From Gammaproteobacteria bacterium (GTDB lineage Bacteria > Pseudomonadota > Gammaproteobacteria > Eutrophobiales > Eutrophobiaceae), in contig CBDCDS010000003.1 of NCBI GenBank assembly GCA_965215365.1, forward strand, positions 640,001 to 704,000: a stretch of 64,000 nucleotides of DNA. Reading direction: 5' to 3'. Below are positions 55,161 to 64,000 of the stretch, piece after piece. Each line of letters starts with the position of its first letter. The first letter of the stretch is position 1. Below the pieces are notes generated by a model. It made no database searches. It had not been told where the DNA came from and saw nothing but the letters and a program-made list of their open reading frames with translations. The position numbers were made by a program, and so were the translations under genes.

Positions 55161-56411
55161 ATGACTTATCATCCCCGCATTGTCGATGCCGAGCTGGAGC
55201 AGCAACTTGCTGCCGCGGGAGGGGTCGTTATTGAAGGCCCTAAAGCCTGCGGAAAAACGGCTACCGCCAGACAGAGCGCTGCCAGTGAAGTACTGCTGGA
55301 TGTAGATAAAGAGGCCCGACGCACAATTGCAATCGATGCTGCTTTGGTTCTGGATGGCGCAACACCGCGCTTGATTGATGAGTGGCAACTCGAACCCGAC
55401 ATCTGGAACCATATCCGCAGAGCCGTGGATGCGCGCGTACATTCCGGCCAGTTCATCCTTACGGGCTCGGCGGTGCCGGCGGATGATGTTACCCGACACA
55501 CGGGAGCGGGGCGTCTGGCGCGCCTGCAGATGCGGCCGATGTCCCTGTTTGAGGCCGGATACTCATCCGGCGCGCTGTCACTGGCGGCCCTGCTTGACGG
55601 CGCGCCGCCGCGCAGTCCAAGGGCCGAATTGCCCGTCAGGAAGGTGGCTGAACTGGTGTCGATCGGAGGCTGGCCGAGCCACCTGGGTCGTTCTCCAAAG
55701 TCCGCGCAACAGGCCAACCGGCATTACCTCGCCGAGATTTGCCGAAGTGACATCGAACGAGTGGATGGCATACGGCGGGATCCGGTGAGGGTCGGTCGCT
55801 TGCTGCAGTCCCTGGCACGCAACGTGGCGACCCAGGCAACAGTATCAACCTTAGCCAGGGATGTGGGTGGCGCCGACAACATTTTGCGAGAGAACACAGC
55901 ACATGAATACCTGGCGGCCCTTGGACGGCTGATGATCGTCGAGGACCAACCGGCATGGGCGCCTCACTTGCGTTCAAAGTCGAAGTTACGGGGCACGCCC
56001 AAGCGGCATTTCGTCGACCCCTCCCTGGCAGTGGCGGCCCTGCGCACGCGCCCCGAGCGATTATTAAAAGATCTCAACCTGCTCGGCTTGCTGTTCGAAT
56101 CCATGGTGATCCGCGATTTGCGCATTTACGCCCAGGCCGCCGAGGCTGAAGTGCTGCAATACCGTGACAATACCGGATTGGAAGTGGATGCCATCATCCA
56201 GGCCGGAGACGGGCGCTGGGCGGCCTTTGAAGTCAAGCTGGGAGCGGCTCGTGTCGATGAGGGCGCTGCCAACCTGCTGAAGTTCGCCGAACGGGTGGAT
56301 CTGAATCGGTGCGGCAAACCGTCAACGCTTGGCGTGATCGTATCGGACGGCTATGGATATGTGCGCGCAGACGGCATAAGCGTGCTGCCAATCGGCGCCC
56401 TGGGCCCGTGA
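55161..56411 (+). CDS. AAA+ ATPase with C-terminal DUF4143 / PD-(D/E)XK-like domain
   Basis: GPKACGKT, LIDEWQ, FILTGS, GLLFE, YRDNTGLEVD...AFEVK. Confidence 0.88.
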   Translation: MTYHPRIVDAELEQQLAAAGGVVIEGPKACGKTATARQSAASEVLLDVDKEARRTIAIDAALVLDGATPRLIDEWQLEPDIWNHIRRAVDARVHSGQFILTGSAVPADDVTRHTGAGRLARLQMRPMSLFEAGYSSGALSLAALLDGAPPRSPRAELPVRKVAELVSIGGWPSHLGRSPKSAQQANRHYLAEICRSDIERVDGIRRDPVRVGRLLQSLARNVATQATVSTLARDVGGADNILRENTAHEYLAALGRLMIVEDQPAWAPHLRSKSKLRGTPKRHFVDPSLAVAALRTRPERLLKDLNLLGLLFESMVIRDLRIYAQAAEAEVLQYRDNTGLEVDAIIQAGDGRWAAFEVKLGAARVDEGAANLLKFAERVDLNRCGKPSTLGVIVSDGYGYVRADGISVLPIGALGP

Positions 56412-56415
56412 GCGT

Positions 56416-57096
56416 GTGGCAGCAGCCCGGTTCATCCCATTGCACGAAGACCAGCTACTTCTGAGCTTGCGCCAGGGCCTGACGGCGCTGGGGCTGGAGC
56501 CGCAGTCCTGCTCCTGTGCCGCGTATCTCCAATACCTTGAGCTGCTTGCCAAATGGAATCGCGCCTACAACCTGACCGGGGTGCGCGATAAACGGCGTAT
56601 GGTTCATACGCATCTGCTCGACAGTCTTGCCGCGCTGCCGTATGTCCGCGGCAGCCGTTGTCTCGACATAGGCACCGGCGCCGGACTGCCGGGTTTCATC
56701 CTGGCGTTGGCGCAGCCGGAGGTGGAATGGACTTTGCTGGATGCAAATGGCAAGAAAACCCGTTTCCTGCAACAACTTGTGTTCGAGCTGAAGACTGAAA
56801 ATGTGGTCATCGTCCACTCCCGGGCCGAGAAGTTCTTGTCATCCGCGCCTTATTCATCCATTATTTCCAGAGCGTTCGGTTCCCTGGCCGATTACTACCG
56901 GGCTGTGGCGCATTTATTGCGGCCGGACACCCGTCTGCTGGCGCTGAAAGGCCGGCCGCCGGTTGGAGAATTGCGGGAAGTGGCTGCATTGGACGTATCC
57001 GTCTCGGTGGAGCCAATGCAGGTCCCCGGTATCGACACACAGCGGAGTATGGTAATCATGCAATGTGCTTGCGGGCTTAACAAAATAACCGCCTGA
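56416..57096 (+). CDS. rsmG: 16S rRNA m7G527 methyltransferase
   Basis: KWNRAYNLTG, HLLDSL, DIGTGAGLPG, SRAF. Confidence 0.96.
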   Translation: MAAARFIPLHEDQLLLSLRQGLTALGLEPQSCSCAAYLQYLELLAKWNRAYNLTGVRDKRRMVHTHLLDSLAALPYVRGSRCLDIGTGAGLPGFILALAQPEVEWTLLDANGKKTRFLQQLVFELKTENVVIVHSRAEKFLSSAPYSSIISRAFGSLADYYRAVAHLLRPDTRLLALKGRPPVGELREVAALDVSVSVEPMQVPGIDTQRSMVIMQCACGLNKITA

Positions 57097-57878
57097 TGGG
57101 CCTGTTCAAAAGACAAAACGCCAGCATCGTGGCCATCACCAACCAGAAGGGCGGTGTGGGTAAAACCACAACCGGCGTCAATCTGGCGGCGTCCCTGGCC
57201 TCCGCAAAACGCAAGGTGTTGCTCATTGACCTCGATCCTCAAGGCAACGCTACTATGGGCAGTGGCATCGACAAAACCACACTGGAAACAAGTGTCTATG
57301 ACGTCCTGGCAGGCGAGGCCAGCCTGGCGGAAGTGTTGCTGCAGTCGCCGTCGGGCGACTATGACTTAGCGCCCGGCAACGCCGACCTGACCGGTGCCGA
57401 AGTGGTATTGTTACAGGAACAGGGCCGGGGCAAGCGGTTGCAGCAGGCGCTGCTGCCGTTGCGTCATCGCTACCAGTATATTTTCATCGACTGTCCGCCC
57501 TCATTGAACATGTTGACGGTAAATGCCCTGGTCGCCGCTGACCGCGTGATCATCCCCGTCCAGTGCGAGTACTATGCCTTGGAAGGCCTGAGCGCACTGC
57601 TGGACACCGTGGAGCAAATTCGCAGCCATTACAACCCGCGCCTGAAAATTGCCGGGCTGCTGCGTACTATGTATGATGCCCGTAACAAGCTGGCGTCGCA
57701 GGTTTCAGAGCAACTGCTGGAGCATTTCGGCGACCAGGTGTTCCGCACCATCATCCCACGCAATGTGCGCCTGGCAGAGGCGCCCAGTCATGGCCTGCCT
57801 GTTATAAAATATGACAGAACCTCACGGGGCGCCGTCGCCTACCTCAGTCTGGCCGGCGAAGTGATAAACCGTGAATAA
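57096..57878 (+). CDS. parA: Chromosome partitioning ATPase ParA/Soj
   Basis: NQKGGVGKTT, DLDPQGN, DCPPSL, PRNVRLAEAPSHG. Confidence 0.97.
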   Translation: MGLFKRQNASIVAITNQKGGVGKTTTGVNLAASLASAKRKVLLIDLDPQGNATMGSGIDKTTLETSVYDVLAGEASLAEVLLQSPSGDYDLAPGNADLTGAEVVLLQEQGRGKRLQQALLPLRHRYQYIFIDCPPSLNMLTVNALVAADRVIIPVQCEYYALEGLSALLDTVEQIRSHYNPRLKIAGLLRTMYDARNKLASQVSEQLLEHFGDQVFRTIIPRNVRLAEAPSHGLPVIKYDRTSRGAVAYLSLAGEVINRE

Positions 57879-57926
57879 CAGATCGGGACACTTACACAGC
57901 AAAGCAGGCCTTTCAGTGAAACACGA

Positions 57927-58802
57927 ATGAACGCAAAAAAACGAGGACTGGGCAGGGGTCTGGAGGCCTTACTGGGCCCGGTGCCTGTGCCCAAAACCGA
58001 AAACGACACCACGCCGGGGGAATTGCGCACCCTGCCGGTGGACTTGTTGCAGCGGGGCGCACACCAGCCGCGCCTGGAATTTGACGCGGCGGCGTTGCAG
58101 GAACTGGCCGACTCCATCCGCGCGCAAGGGGTATTGCAGCCGGTTCTGGTCAGACCCCTGGCTGCTTCGGATAACTACGAGATCATCGCCGGCGAGCGGC
58201 GCTGGCGCGCCGCGCAACTGGCCGGTTTGTATGAAATTCCCGCCGTCGTGCGTGCATTCGATGATAAGCAGGCCACGTGCATCGCGCTGATAGAGAATAT
58301 CCAACGCGCAGACCTGAACCCGTTGGAACAGGCCCGCGGCCTGGCACGCCTGTCGGAAGAGTTTGCGCTGACCCACGACGCCATTGCCGAAGCAGTCGGG
58401 CGCTCACGCTCGGCCGTTACCAACATGCTGCGCCTGCTGGAGTTGTGCGCGGAAGTCAAACAGCTGCTGGAAACCCGGCAACTGGAGATGGGTCACGCTC
58501 GCGCCCTGCTCACCCTGAGCGAGCAGCAGCAACGCTGGGCGGCGCAGCAGATCACCCAATCAGGCCTGTCGGTACGCGCCACCGAAGCCCTGGTACGCCG
58601 CCTGCAAAAGACCAAGAACGTATTCACACCCAAGCCGGACCGAACTGACCCCAACATCCGCCTGCTGGAAACCGAACTCTCCGACAACTTAGGCGCCACC
58701 GTCACCATCCAACAGCGAAAAAAAGGCAACGGCGCCCTACGCATCACCTACAGCTCCCTAGCACAACTGGATGGTATTCTGGCAAGGATACGGAGGAAAT
58801 AA
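57927..58802 (+). CDS. parB: Chromosome partitioning protein ParB
   Basis: GLGRGL, QPR, GERRWRA, ENIQR. Confidence 0.97.
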   Translation: MNAKKRGLGRGLEALLGPVPVPKTENDTTPGELRTLPVDLLQRGAHQPRLEFDAAALQELADSIRAQGVLQPVLVRPLAASDNYEIIAGERRWRAAQLAGLYEIPAVVRAFDDKQATCIALIENIQRADLNPLEQARGLARLSEEFALTHDAIAEAVGRSRSAVTNMLRLLELCAEVKQLLETRQLEMGHARALLTLSEQQQRWAAQQITQSGLSVRATEALVRRLQKTKNVFTPKPDRTDPNIRLLETELSDNLGATVTIQQRKKGNGALRITYSSLAQLDGILARIRRK

Positions 58803-58971
58803 ACGACGCGGGTCGACATCACTCGCGTATTTTTGTCAACGAGCAACTGCCCCGCAGCCTCCGTGATATGCTGAGCGTGTTCGTATTGCTCGCCTTTTAG
58901 TTAATTCTTTGAACTCATCATACCGAAGAACAATTGCCCATTTAATTGACACGGTTCCATAGCCCGCATAA

Positions 58972-60051
58972 ATGGCAGGCATGAATATACAACGGAAAAT
59001 CCTTAAAGGCCGGGGCACCTCCTCCCGGGTCGATGCCCGGTTCCTGCAATATGAACGCAGCGGGTTCGATGACGGCTGGGACCTGGAAGATGAAGAAAAA
59101 ACCGTGCCTACGGAAATTTTTCAGGAAACCCCGCGTACGGTCATCAGCCGCAACCAGTCCCCGGATATTCCGTTTGAAACCTCCATCAATCCCTATCGCG
59201 GTTGCGAGCACGGTTGTGTCTATTGCTACGCCCGCCCCAGCCATGCTTACGTGGATTTATCACCGGGCATCGACTTTGAAACAAAGATATTTGCCAAGAG
59301 CAATGCGGCGCAGGTATTAAGCAAAGAACTGGCCAAGCCCCGCTATGTGTGCAAACCCATTGCCATGGGCACCAACACCGACCCCTACCAGCCTGCGGAA
59401 CGGCAACTGCGCATCACCCGGGACCTCATCGAGGTGTTGCATGATTGCCACCATCCGTTGTCCATCGTCACCAAATCCTGGTTGGTTGAACGAGACCTGG
59501 ATTTGCTTGCGCCCATGGCCGCGCACGGCCTGGTCAAGGTATTTGTATCCATAACATCGCTCAAGCATGATCTGGCCCGGCGTCTGGAGCCGCGCGCCAC
59601 CGCGCCGACGCGGCGCCTGCAAACCGTACAGACCCTCAATGATGCCGGCATACCCACCGGTGTCATGTTTGCGCCGGTCATCCCTTTTATTAACGACGCG
59701 GAAATGGAAAACGTGCTGGAACAGGCCGCGGCGGCCGGCGCCAAAACTACGGGTTACGTCATGTTGCGGCTACCGAACGAGGTCAAACAGTTATTCCGCG
59801 AGTGGCTGGAGACCCATGAGCCGGGCAAAACGGAACATGTGTTCAGCATCATTCGTGAGCTGAGAGCCGGGCGCGAAAACGACCCGGACTATTTCACTCG
59901 CATGCGCGGCCAGGGTGTTTATGCCGACCTGATCCGCAGCCGCTTCAACAAGGTCTGCAAAAAATTCGGTTTGAACCGGCATAACTGGGCGTTGAATACC
60001 GGCTTGTTTACACCCCCCCGTGCGGCCAGCCCGCAACAGACTTTGTTCTAG
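58972..60051 (+). CDS. Radical SAM protein (PA0069/SplB-like family)
   Basis: NPYRGCEHGCVYCYARP, GTNTDPYQP. Confidence 0.88.
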   Translation: MAGMNIQRKILKGRGTSSRVDARFLQYERSGFDDGWDLEDEEKTVPTEIFQETPRTVISRNQSPDIPFETSINPYRGCEHGCVYCYARPSHAYVDLSPGIDFETKIFAKSNAAQVLSKELAKPRYVCKPIAMGTNTDPYQPAERQLRITRDLIEVLHDCHHPLSIVTKSWLVERDLDLLAPMAAHGLVKVFVSITSLKHDLARRLEPRATAPTRRLQTVQTLNDAGIPTGVMFAPVIPFINDAEMENVLEQAAAAGAKTTGYVMLRLPNEVKQLFREWLETHEPGKTEHVFSIIRELRAGRENDPDYFTRMRGQGVYADLIRSRFNKVCKKFGLNRHNWALNTGLFTPPRAASPQQTLF

Positions 60052-60117
60052 CGCGGATTCCGGTTCATTGTGAACGTTGAAGGCGCCTTTGCTTCCCCGC
60101 CTCAGCTTGAGCCGAAT

Positions 60118-62634
60118 TTAGAACTTCATCCGCACGCCCATACCATAGGTCGTGCCGTACTCGTCATATTGCGACAGGCGGGAAGGGTCGCCGAAGTAAT
60201 AGTACTCAGGCTGATCGTTCAGGTTGATGGCTTCCGCCGTTATCGTGATGTTGTCATTTAACTCATAGCGGGCAGTGAGATCGATCTGCAGGAAGTCATC
60301 GGCGAAACGGTCATTTTCGGCCTGATCGCCGATCTCATCCAGAAAATCGCTGCGATAGTTGGCCGCCAGTCGCACATCCCACCGACCCAGATCATAGCCG
60401 AGCGTCAGATTGGCCGTATGTTTGGCCTGCTTGAAGAACGGCACCGAGCGTTGACCGTACACACTGTCTGCCGGGAGGTCAGTCTCCCCATCGGAATAGG
60501 TGTAGTTGGTCACCAGCAACACGCCGTTATCCCAGGCAGTCTGGAAAGATAACTCGAAACCGGCAATACTGGCATCGTCTGTATTGATGTAAGTCGCTGC
60601 CCGGTCCCAAAGCTGGCCGCGAAAAACCACATCGTTGGCTTCAACTTCCACAATGGTATTCTCGATCTGCTTGTAGAAGAGACCGGCGCCAAAAAAGGTT
60701 GCCCTGCCCAGATAATACTCGTAAGCGAGATCCAAATTCCACGCGGTAGTGGGCTTCAGTTCCGGGTTACCGCCTTTTATCTCATTGTCTTCAGTGTCAA
60801 TTACAGCGCCGGCCCTTGCCTCTCTAAAGCCCGGCCGCACCAGCGAGCGGAATACACCAAATCGCACGACCTGGTCTTCACTCAGATCAAACTTGACGTT
60901 CAGTGAAGGGGCAAGAAAATCGTAGTTGTTCTCAAAGGCAGTTGGCCCTGCAAAACCATCATCGAAGGCTTTGCCCCGATAGGTGGTCTGCGTGTCTTCA
61001 TAGCGCAGGCCATAAACCCAGGTAGCATTGCCGGTGACCGTGGTGCCCATAATATAGGCTGCCAGGATGTCTTCCTCGGTGACCCAATCTGCCGGGATTG
61101 ATTCTTCATCTTCATCACCACTTAACTCATAGGCGGCGCCGGGGGCCTGACAGGAGCTGCCATCAGACAGCTCAACCGAGCCTGAGCCCAGACCCGAGAT
61201 AAATTGCTTCACCTGATCATAAGAGGCGGTTGGTCCTTCGACTGTGTTCAGAAACTGCTGCGGGGTAACAAAGTCCACCGATGTAAGCAGTATGTCATCA
61301 ACCGGCTCGTAGCCGCAGTAAACATAGTCATTGAGTTTTTTCCGCTGGCGTATTTTTGCCCCGTACTGCAACTGAGTGCCGGCGTTGAGGTCAGTGAAAA
61401 AATCAGCCTTGGCGCCGAGGTCTTCATCAGTATTCAATGAAAATTCCCGCTCGAATATTTTCATAGGAAAACTGGAGGGTTCGTAGAAAGCGGCAGGGAA
61501 AGTTACTGTGGGACGCCGCGGGTCAGTATTGTCATAGACGATAGAGTCGTCAATGGCATCGGAACGAAAAATCACAGCCTGGCGATCGCGGTCATCCTGC
61601 TCGGCTTGCGAAGCGAAAATCTCAAACTCACCACGATTGCGGTCACCGAATTGCAGGTTCGCGCCAAGCCGGATCGAGCTGATTTCACGCTTCTCGGTGC
61701 GGTTGCGGCTTTCCGTATCTACCCGGGCATTGGCATAACTGAAGGTGTTGCCATTGATGACTGGCTGTTCTTCCTCAATTGAGTCGCGTACCTCCCACTT
61801 GGCCCGCCACTCACTGTCGTCATACTCGTTGTGAAAGAGATGGGCGAAATAGCTGTTTCCGGAGTCGGCGCGGTAATCCAGTGCAAGCACCACACCTTCC
61901 CGTTTTCGGGTCAAGTCGTAATAGCGCGCCTCGTAGTCATCATTCGGGGCAGTATCACCCCAACCGCCGTTTTCGTTATTGTGAGCAATGATTCGACGCG
62001 ACTTGTGACTCAAAACCAGCGCCGCGCCAAGCTCGCCCTCGCCCACTTCCCAACGATTGGCGAAGGTAGCCGCCAGTTTTGGATTATCCGCATCATCGGT
62101 CAGCTCATTGTAAGTGGTTTCGGCCTTCAGTCGAACCAACATTCCGTCAAAGGAAAACGCGGTGATGGTCTCAAGATCAATAGCGCCGCCAATGGTGTCG
62201 GCATCAAGATTTGGCGTGAGTGTCTTGTACACCGTCATGCTGTCCAGCAGATCGGAGGGCACCCCGTCGAGGATAATGCCGCGTCTGTCTTCCGGCGAGG
62301 CCGTACTTACGCCATTGATCGTCATGGCGTTAAGGTCCGTATTCATGCCCCGCACGGTGACATAACGTCCTTCACCCTGATCGTTTTCCACCATGATGCC
62401 AGAGATACGGCGCAAGGATTCAGCGACATTTATGTCAGCGAAATTGCCAATGGCATCGGAGTCAATCACACCGGCGACCTTGTCTGAATCCCGCTGCTTC
62501 TGCATCGCGCTCTGCAGGCTGGCCCGGCTGCCGACAACGACTATCTCATCAATGGATTCCTGACTGTACGCCTGTGCGCAGAGCGCCAGCCCAATGGCCG
62601 CAGCCAGTAACTTCCACTTGCTCAGTGTTTGCAT
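60118..62634 (-). CDS. TonB-dependent receptor, phytase-linked
   Basis: TonB box EIVVVG, plug motif NDQGEGRYVTVRG, terminal Phe. Confidence 0.93.
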   Translation of the reverse strand: MQTLSKWKLLAAAIGLALCAQAYSQESIDEIVVVGSRASLQSAMQKQRDSDKVAGVIDSDAIGNFADINVAESLRRISGIMVENDQGEGRYVTVRGMNTDLNAMTINGVSTASPEDRRGIILDGVPSDLLDSMTVYKTLTPNLDADTIGGAIDLETITAFSFDGMLVRLKAETTYNELTDDADNPKLAATFANRWEVGEGELGAALVLSHKSRRIIAHNNENGGWGDTAPNDDYEARYYDLTRKREGVVLALDYRADSGNSYFAHLFHNEYDDSEWRAKWEVRDSIEEEQPVINGNTFSYANARVDTESRNRTEKREISSIRLGANLQFGDRNRGEFEIFASQAEQDDRDRQAVIFRSDAIDDSIVYDNTDPRRPTVTFPAAFYEPSSFPMKIFEREFSLNTDEDLGAKADFFTDLNAGTQLQYGAKIRQRKKLNDYVYCGYEPVDDILLTSVDFVTPQQFLNTVEGPTASYDQVKQFISGLGSGSVELSDGSSCQAPGAAYELSGDEDEESIPADWVTEEDILAAYIMGTTVTGNATWVYGLRYEDTQTTYRGKAFDDGFAGPTAFENNYDFLAPSLNVKFDLSEDQVVRFGVFRSLVRPGFREARAGAVIDTEDNEIKGGNPELKPTTAWNLDLAYEYYLGRATFFGAGLFYKQIENTIVEVEANDVVFRGQLWDRAATYINTDDASIAGFELSFQTAWDNGVLLVTNYTYSDGETDLPADSVYGQRSVPFFKQAKHTANLTLGYDLGRWDVRLAANYRSDFLDEIGDQAENDRFADDFLQIDLTARYELNDNITITAEAINLNDQPEYYYFGDPSRLSQYDEYGTTYGMGVRMKF

Positions 62635-62666
62635 GAGGCATCCCCCCAGTAGATTGAAAATTCGGG

Positions 62667-63773
62667 TCAGTGCAAGCCCAGTGAGGCTGCAATATCGCGC
62701 CAGGACAGGTACTTAAAATCCTGGCGCTCTGCCGGCAGTTGATTGCTTCCATCCTGAACCACGACGATACCCTCGGGATAGTCCGGCCCCAGGCCGACAC
62801 TGGCGACATCCAGACCGTCTGTCTCTTGTGTGCCGTCAATCAGCCCATCTTCACGATCCGCCACCACAAAACTTCCCCGATAGGAAAACGGCGGCAGGTG
62901 ATCAAAGATCGCATAGCTGTTGCTGCCCTGGCTGGACACCACCAGGTAGCCGCCGTTGTCTGACACATAAAGCGACATGCCCTCGACATCGGCTGACAGG
63001 ATAGTCCCGTCTATGTCCATGACCGACTGCAAATCCGCCGGCGCATCATGCCGTGCAGACATCGTGCGAATGCCCTCTTCCTCCACGCCCAGGAACAACC
63101 GCTGTTCGGTGTCATCAGCCACACAGCCCTCAGGCTGGCTGGGCACGACAAATTCCCGTAACAATTCTGCATGAAATTGCACAGGTTCTGTTGACTTCCC
63201 GGCAGCCGCCGGTGACAGACCCCACTGCTGAAATCTGCCATCCGTATCGTTAACGAATACCTGCAGGCCCTGGTCATTCCGGAACATGCAAAGGCCATAG
63301 ACTTCCGCCAATCCGGTGGCTATTTCGGAATCCCGCAGCCAGGTTAACGTGCCTTCCCGGTCAACCAGAAAAAGGCTGATGGTGTTAGCGGAGCGATTGC
63401 TGGCTGCGGCAAGGGCCGACCAGTTGCTATCTTGAGTAAATGCGCGCAAATCGATATTGTTGGTGAGACCGGCCGGAATGAATTGCACGCGTCCCCCATT
63501 CAGATCATAAACCTCGATCCCACTCTGTTTGTCGGTGCCAATAACAAGGCTGGCCGAAGGATTCCGCACATTGACCCAGATCGCCGGATCATCGGCCGCA
63601 TCATCACCACTGCGCACCGGATCAGTCTCGGTCACGGCATGGACCACGGCGGCGTCCTGCGGCGGCGGGGCTGAGGCCTCCTCGCAGGACGTCAGCGCCA
63701 GTGCAAGCAGACCGGGCAGGAAAAAAAAGCGCAAGATGGGCCTTGCGAGAAAGACTGACGTTGGCTTGCTCAT
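62667..63773 (-). CDS. Beta-propeller phytase (lipoprotein)
   Basis: DAADDPAIW, YGLC, QPEGCVAD, DVEG, SSQG, QETDG, VVQDG. Confidence 0.92.
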   Translation of the reverse strand: MSKPTSVFLARPILRFFFLPGLLALALTSCEEASAPPPQDAAVVHAVTETDPVRSGDDAADDPAIWVNVRNPSASLVIGTDKQSGIEVYDLNGGRVQFIPAGLTNNIDLRAFTQDSNWSALAAASNRSANTISLFLVDREGTLTWLRDSEIATGLAEVYGLCMFRNDQGLQVFVNDTDGRFQQWGLSPAAAGKSTEPVQFHAELLREFVVPSQPEGCVADDTEQRLFLGVEEEGIRTMSARHDAPADLQSVMDIDGTILSADVEGMSLYVSDNGGYLVVSSQGSNSYAIFDHLPPFSYRGSFVVADREDGLIDGTQETDGLDVASVGLGPDYPEGIVVVQDGSNQLPAERQDFKYLSWRDIAASLGLH

Positions 63774-63827
63774 TGGCTGTTCCTCATACCTCTGCGGTAA
63801 ATTTGCAAGGAAGTCTATAGCGGTAAT

Positions 63828-63867
63828 GTGACAGGATTAAGGCGGTAATATGACAGAATTAGGACAG
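63828..63867 (-). promoter_or_regulatory. Pho boxes (PhoB sites) upstream of the phytase
   Basis: Minus-strand half sites CTGTCCT, CTGTCAT, CCGCCTT, CTGTCAC at exact 11-bp spacing. Confidence 0.8.
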
Positions 63868-63931
63868 GACTTTATGCCTCCCGGCGCTGAATCTGGTATT
63901 CTCCCCCTGTTACATTCATCGGGAGCATATA

Positions 63932-64000
63932 ATGTCTGTGATAACCGCCAACTTTACGCGCGCGCTCGTGGCTGTCGGCCTGACGCTTGCCGGCGCCATA
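63932..64000 (+). CDS. Start of a probable exported protein (partial)
   Basis: GGAG RBS, then MSVITANFTRALVAVGLTLAGAI signal-like sequence running off the window. Confidence 0.45.
   Translation, partial: MSVITANFTRALVAVGLTLAGAI

Overview
GC-rich gammaproteobacterial chromosome segment that appears origin-proximal: dnaN, recF (containing two parS sites), gyrB and mnmG-rsmG-parA-parB are all present but scattered, and dnaA is absent from the window. Housekeeping blocks are holA-lptE-leuS, bamC-dapA-gcvR-bcp-perM, ctaA-cyoE, rpoH with a perfect CIRCE, rpmE, engB, cytochrome c4-resB-ccsB-dsbA, pfk, bepA, comF-bioBFCD, and a Pho-box-preceded phytase plus TonB receptor. Accessory island 1 (about 7.9-15.7 kb) holds an IS481-like remnant, a decayed Mu-like prophage, an intact IS66-family element carrying its own DNA adenine methyltransferase, an IS4 pseudogene and an Hpy99I-like type II R-M system. 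Accessory island 2 (about 42.6-52.9 kb) is a type I R-M locus whose hsdM and hsdS are separated by a duplicated cluster of toxin-antitoxin modules. Two families of palindromic miniature elements are dispersed throughout; one has filled/empty-site evidence of mobility and one forms 242-243 bp tandem arrays. The most intriguing unexplained items are a 23-bp tandem repeat array fused to an AAA+/PD-(D/E)XK (DUF4143-like) gene inserted between mnmG and rsmG, the methylase-carrying IS66, and a DARS-like DnaA-box triad. All family assignments come from motif recognition, not database searches.
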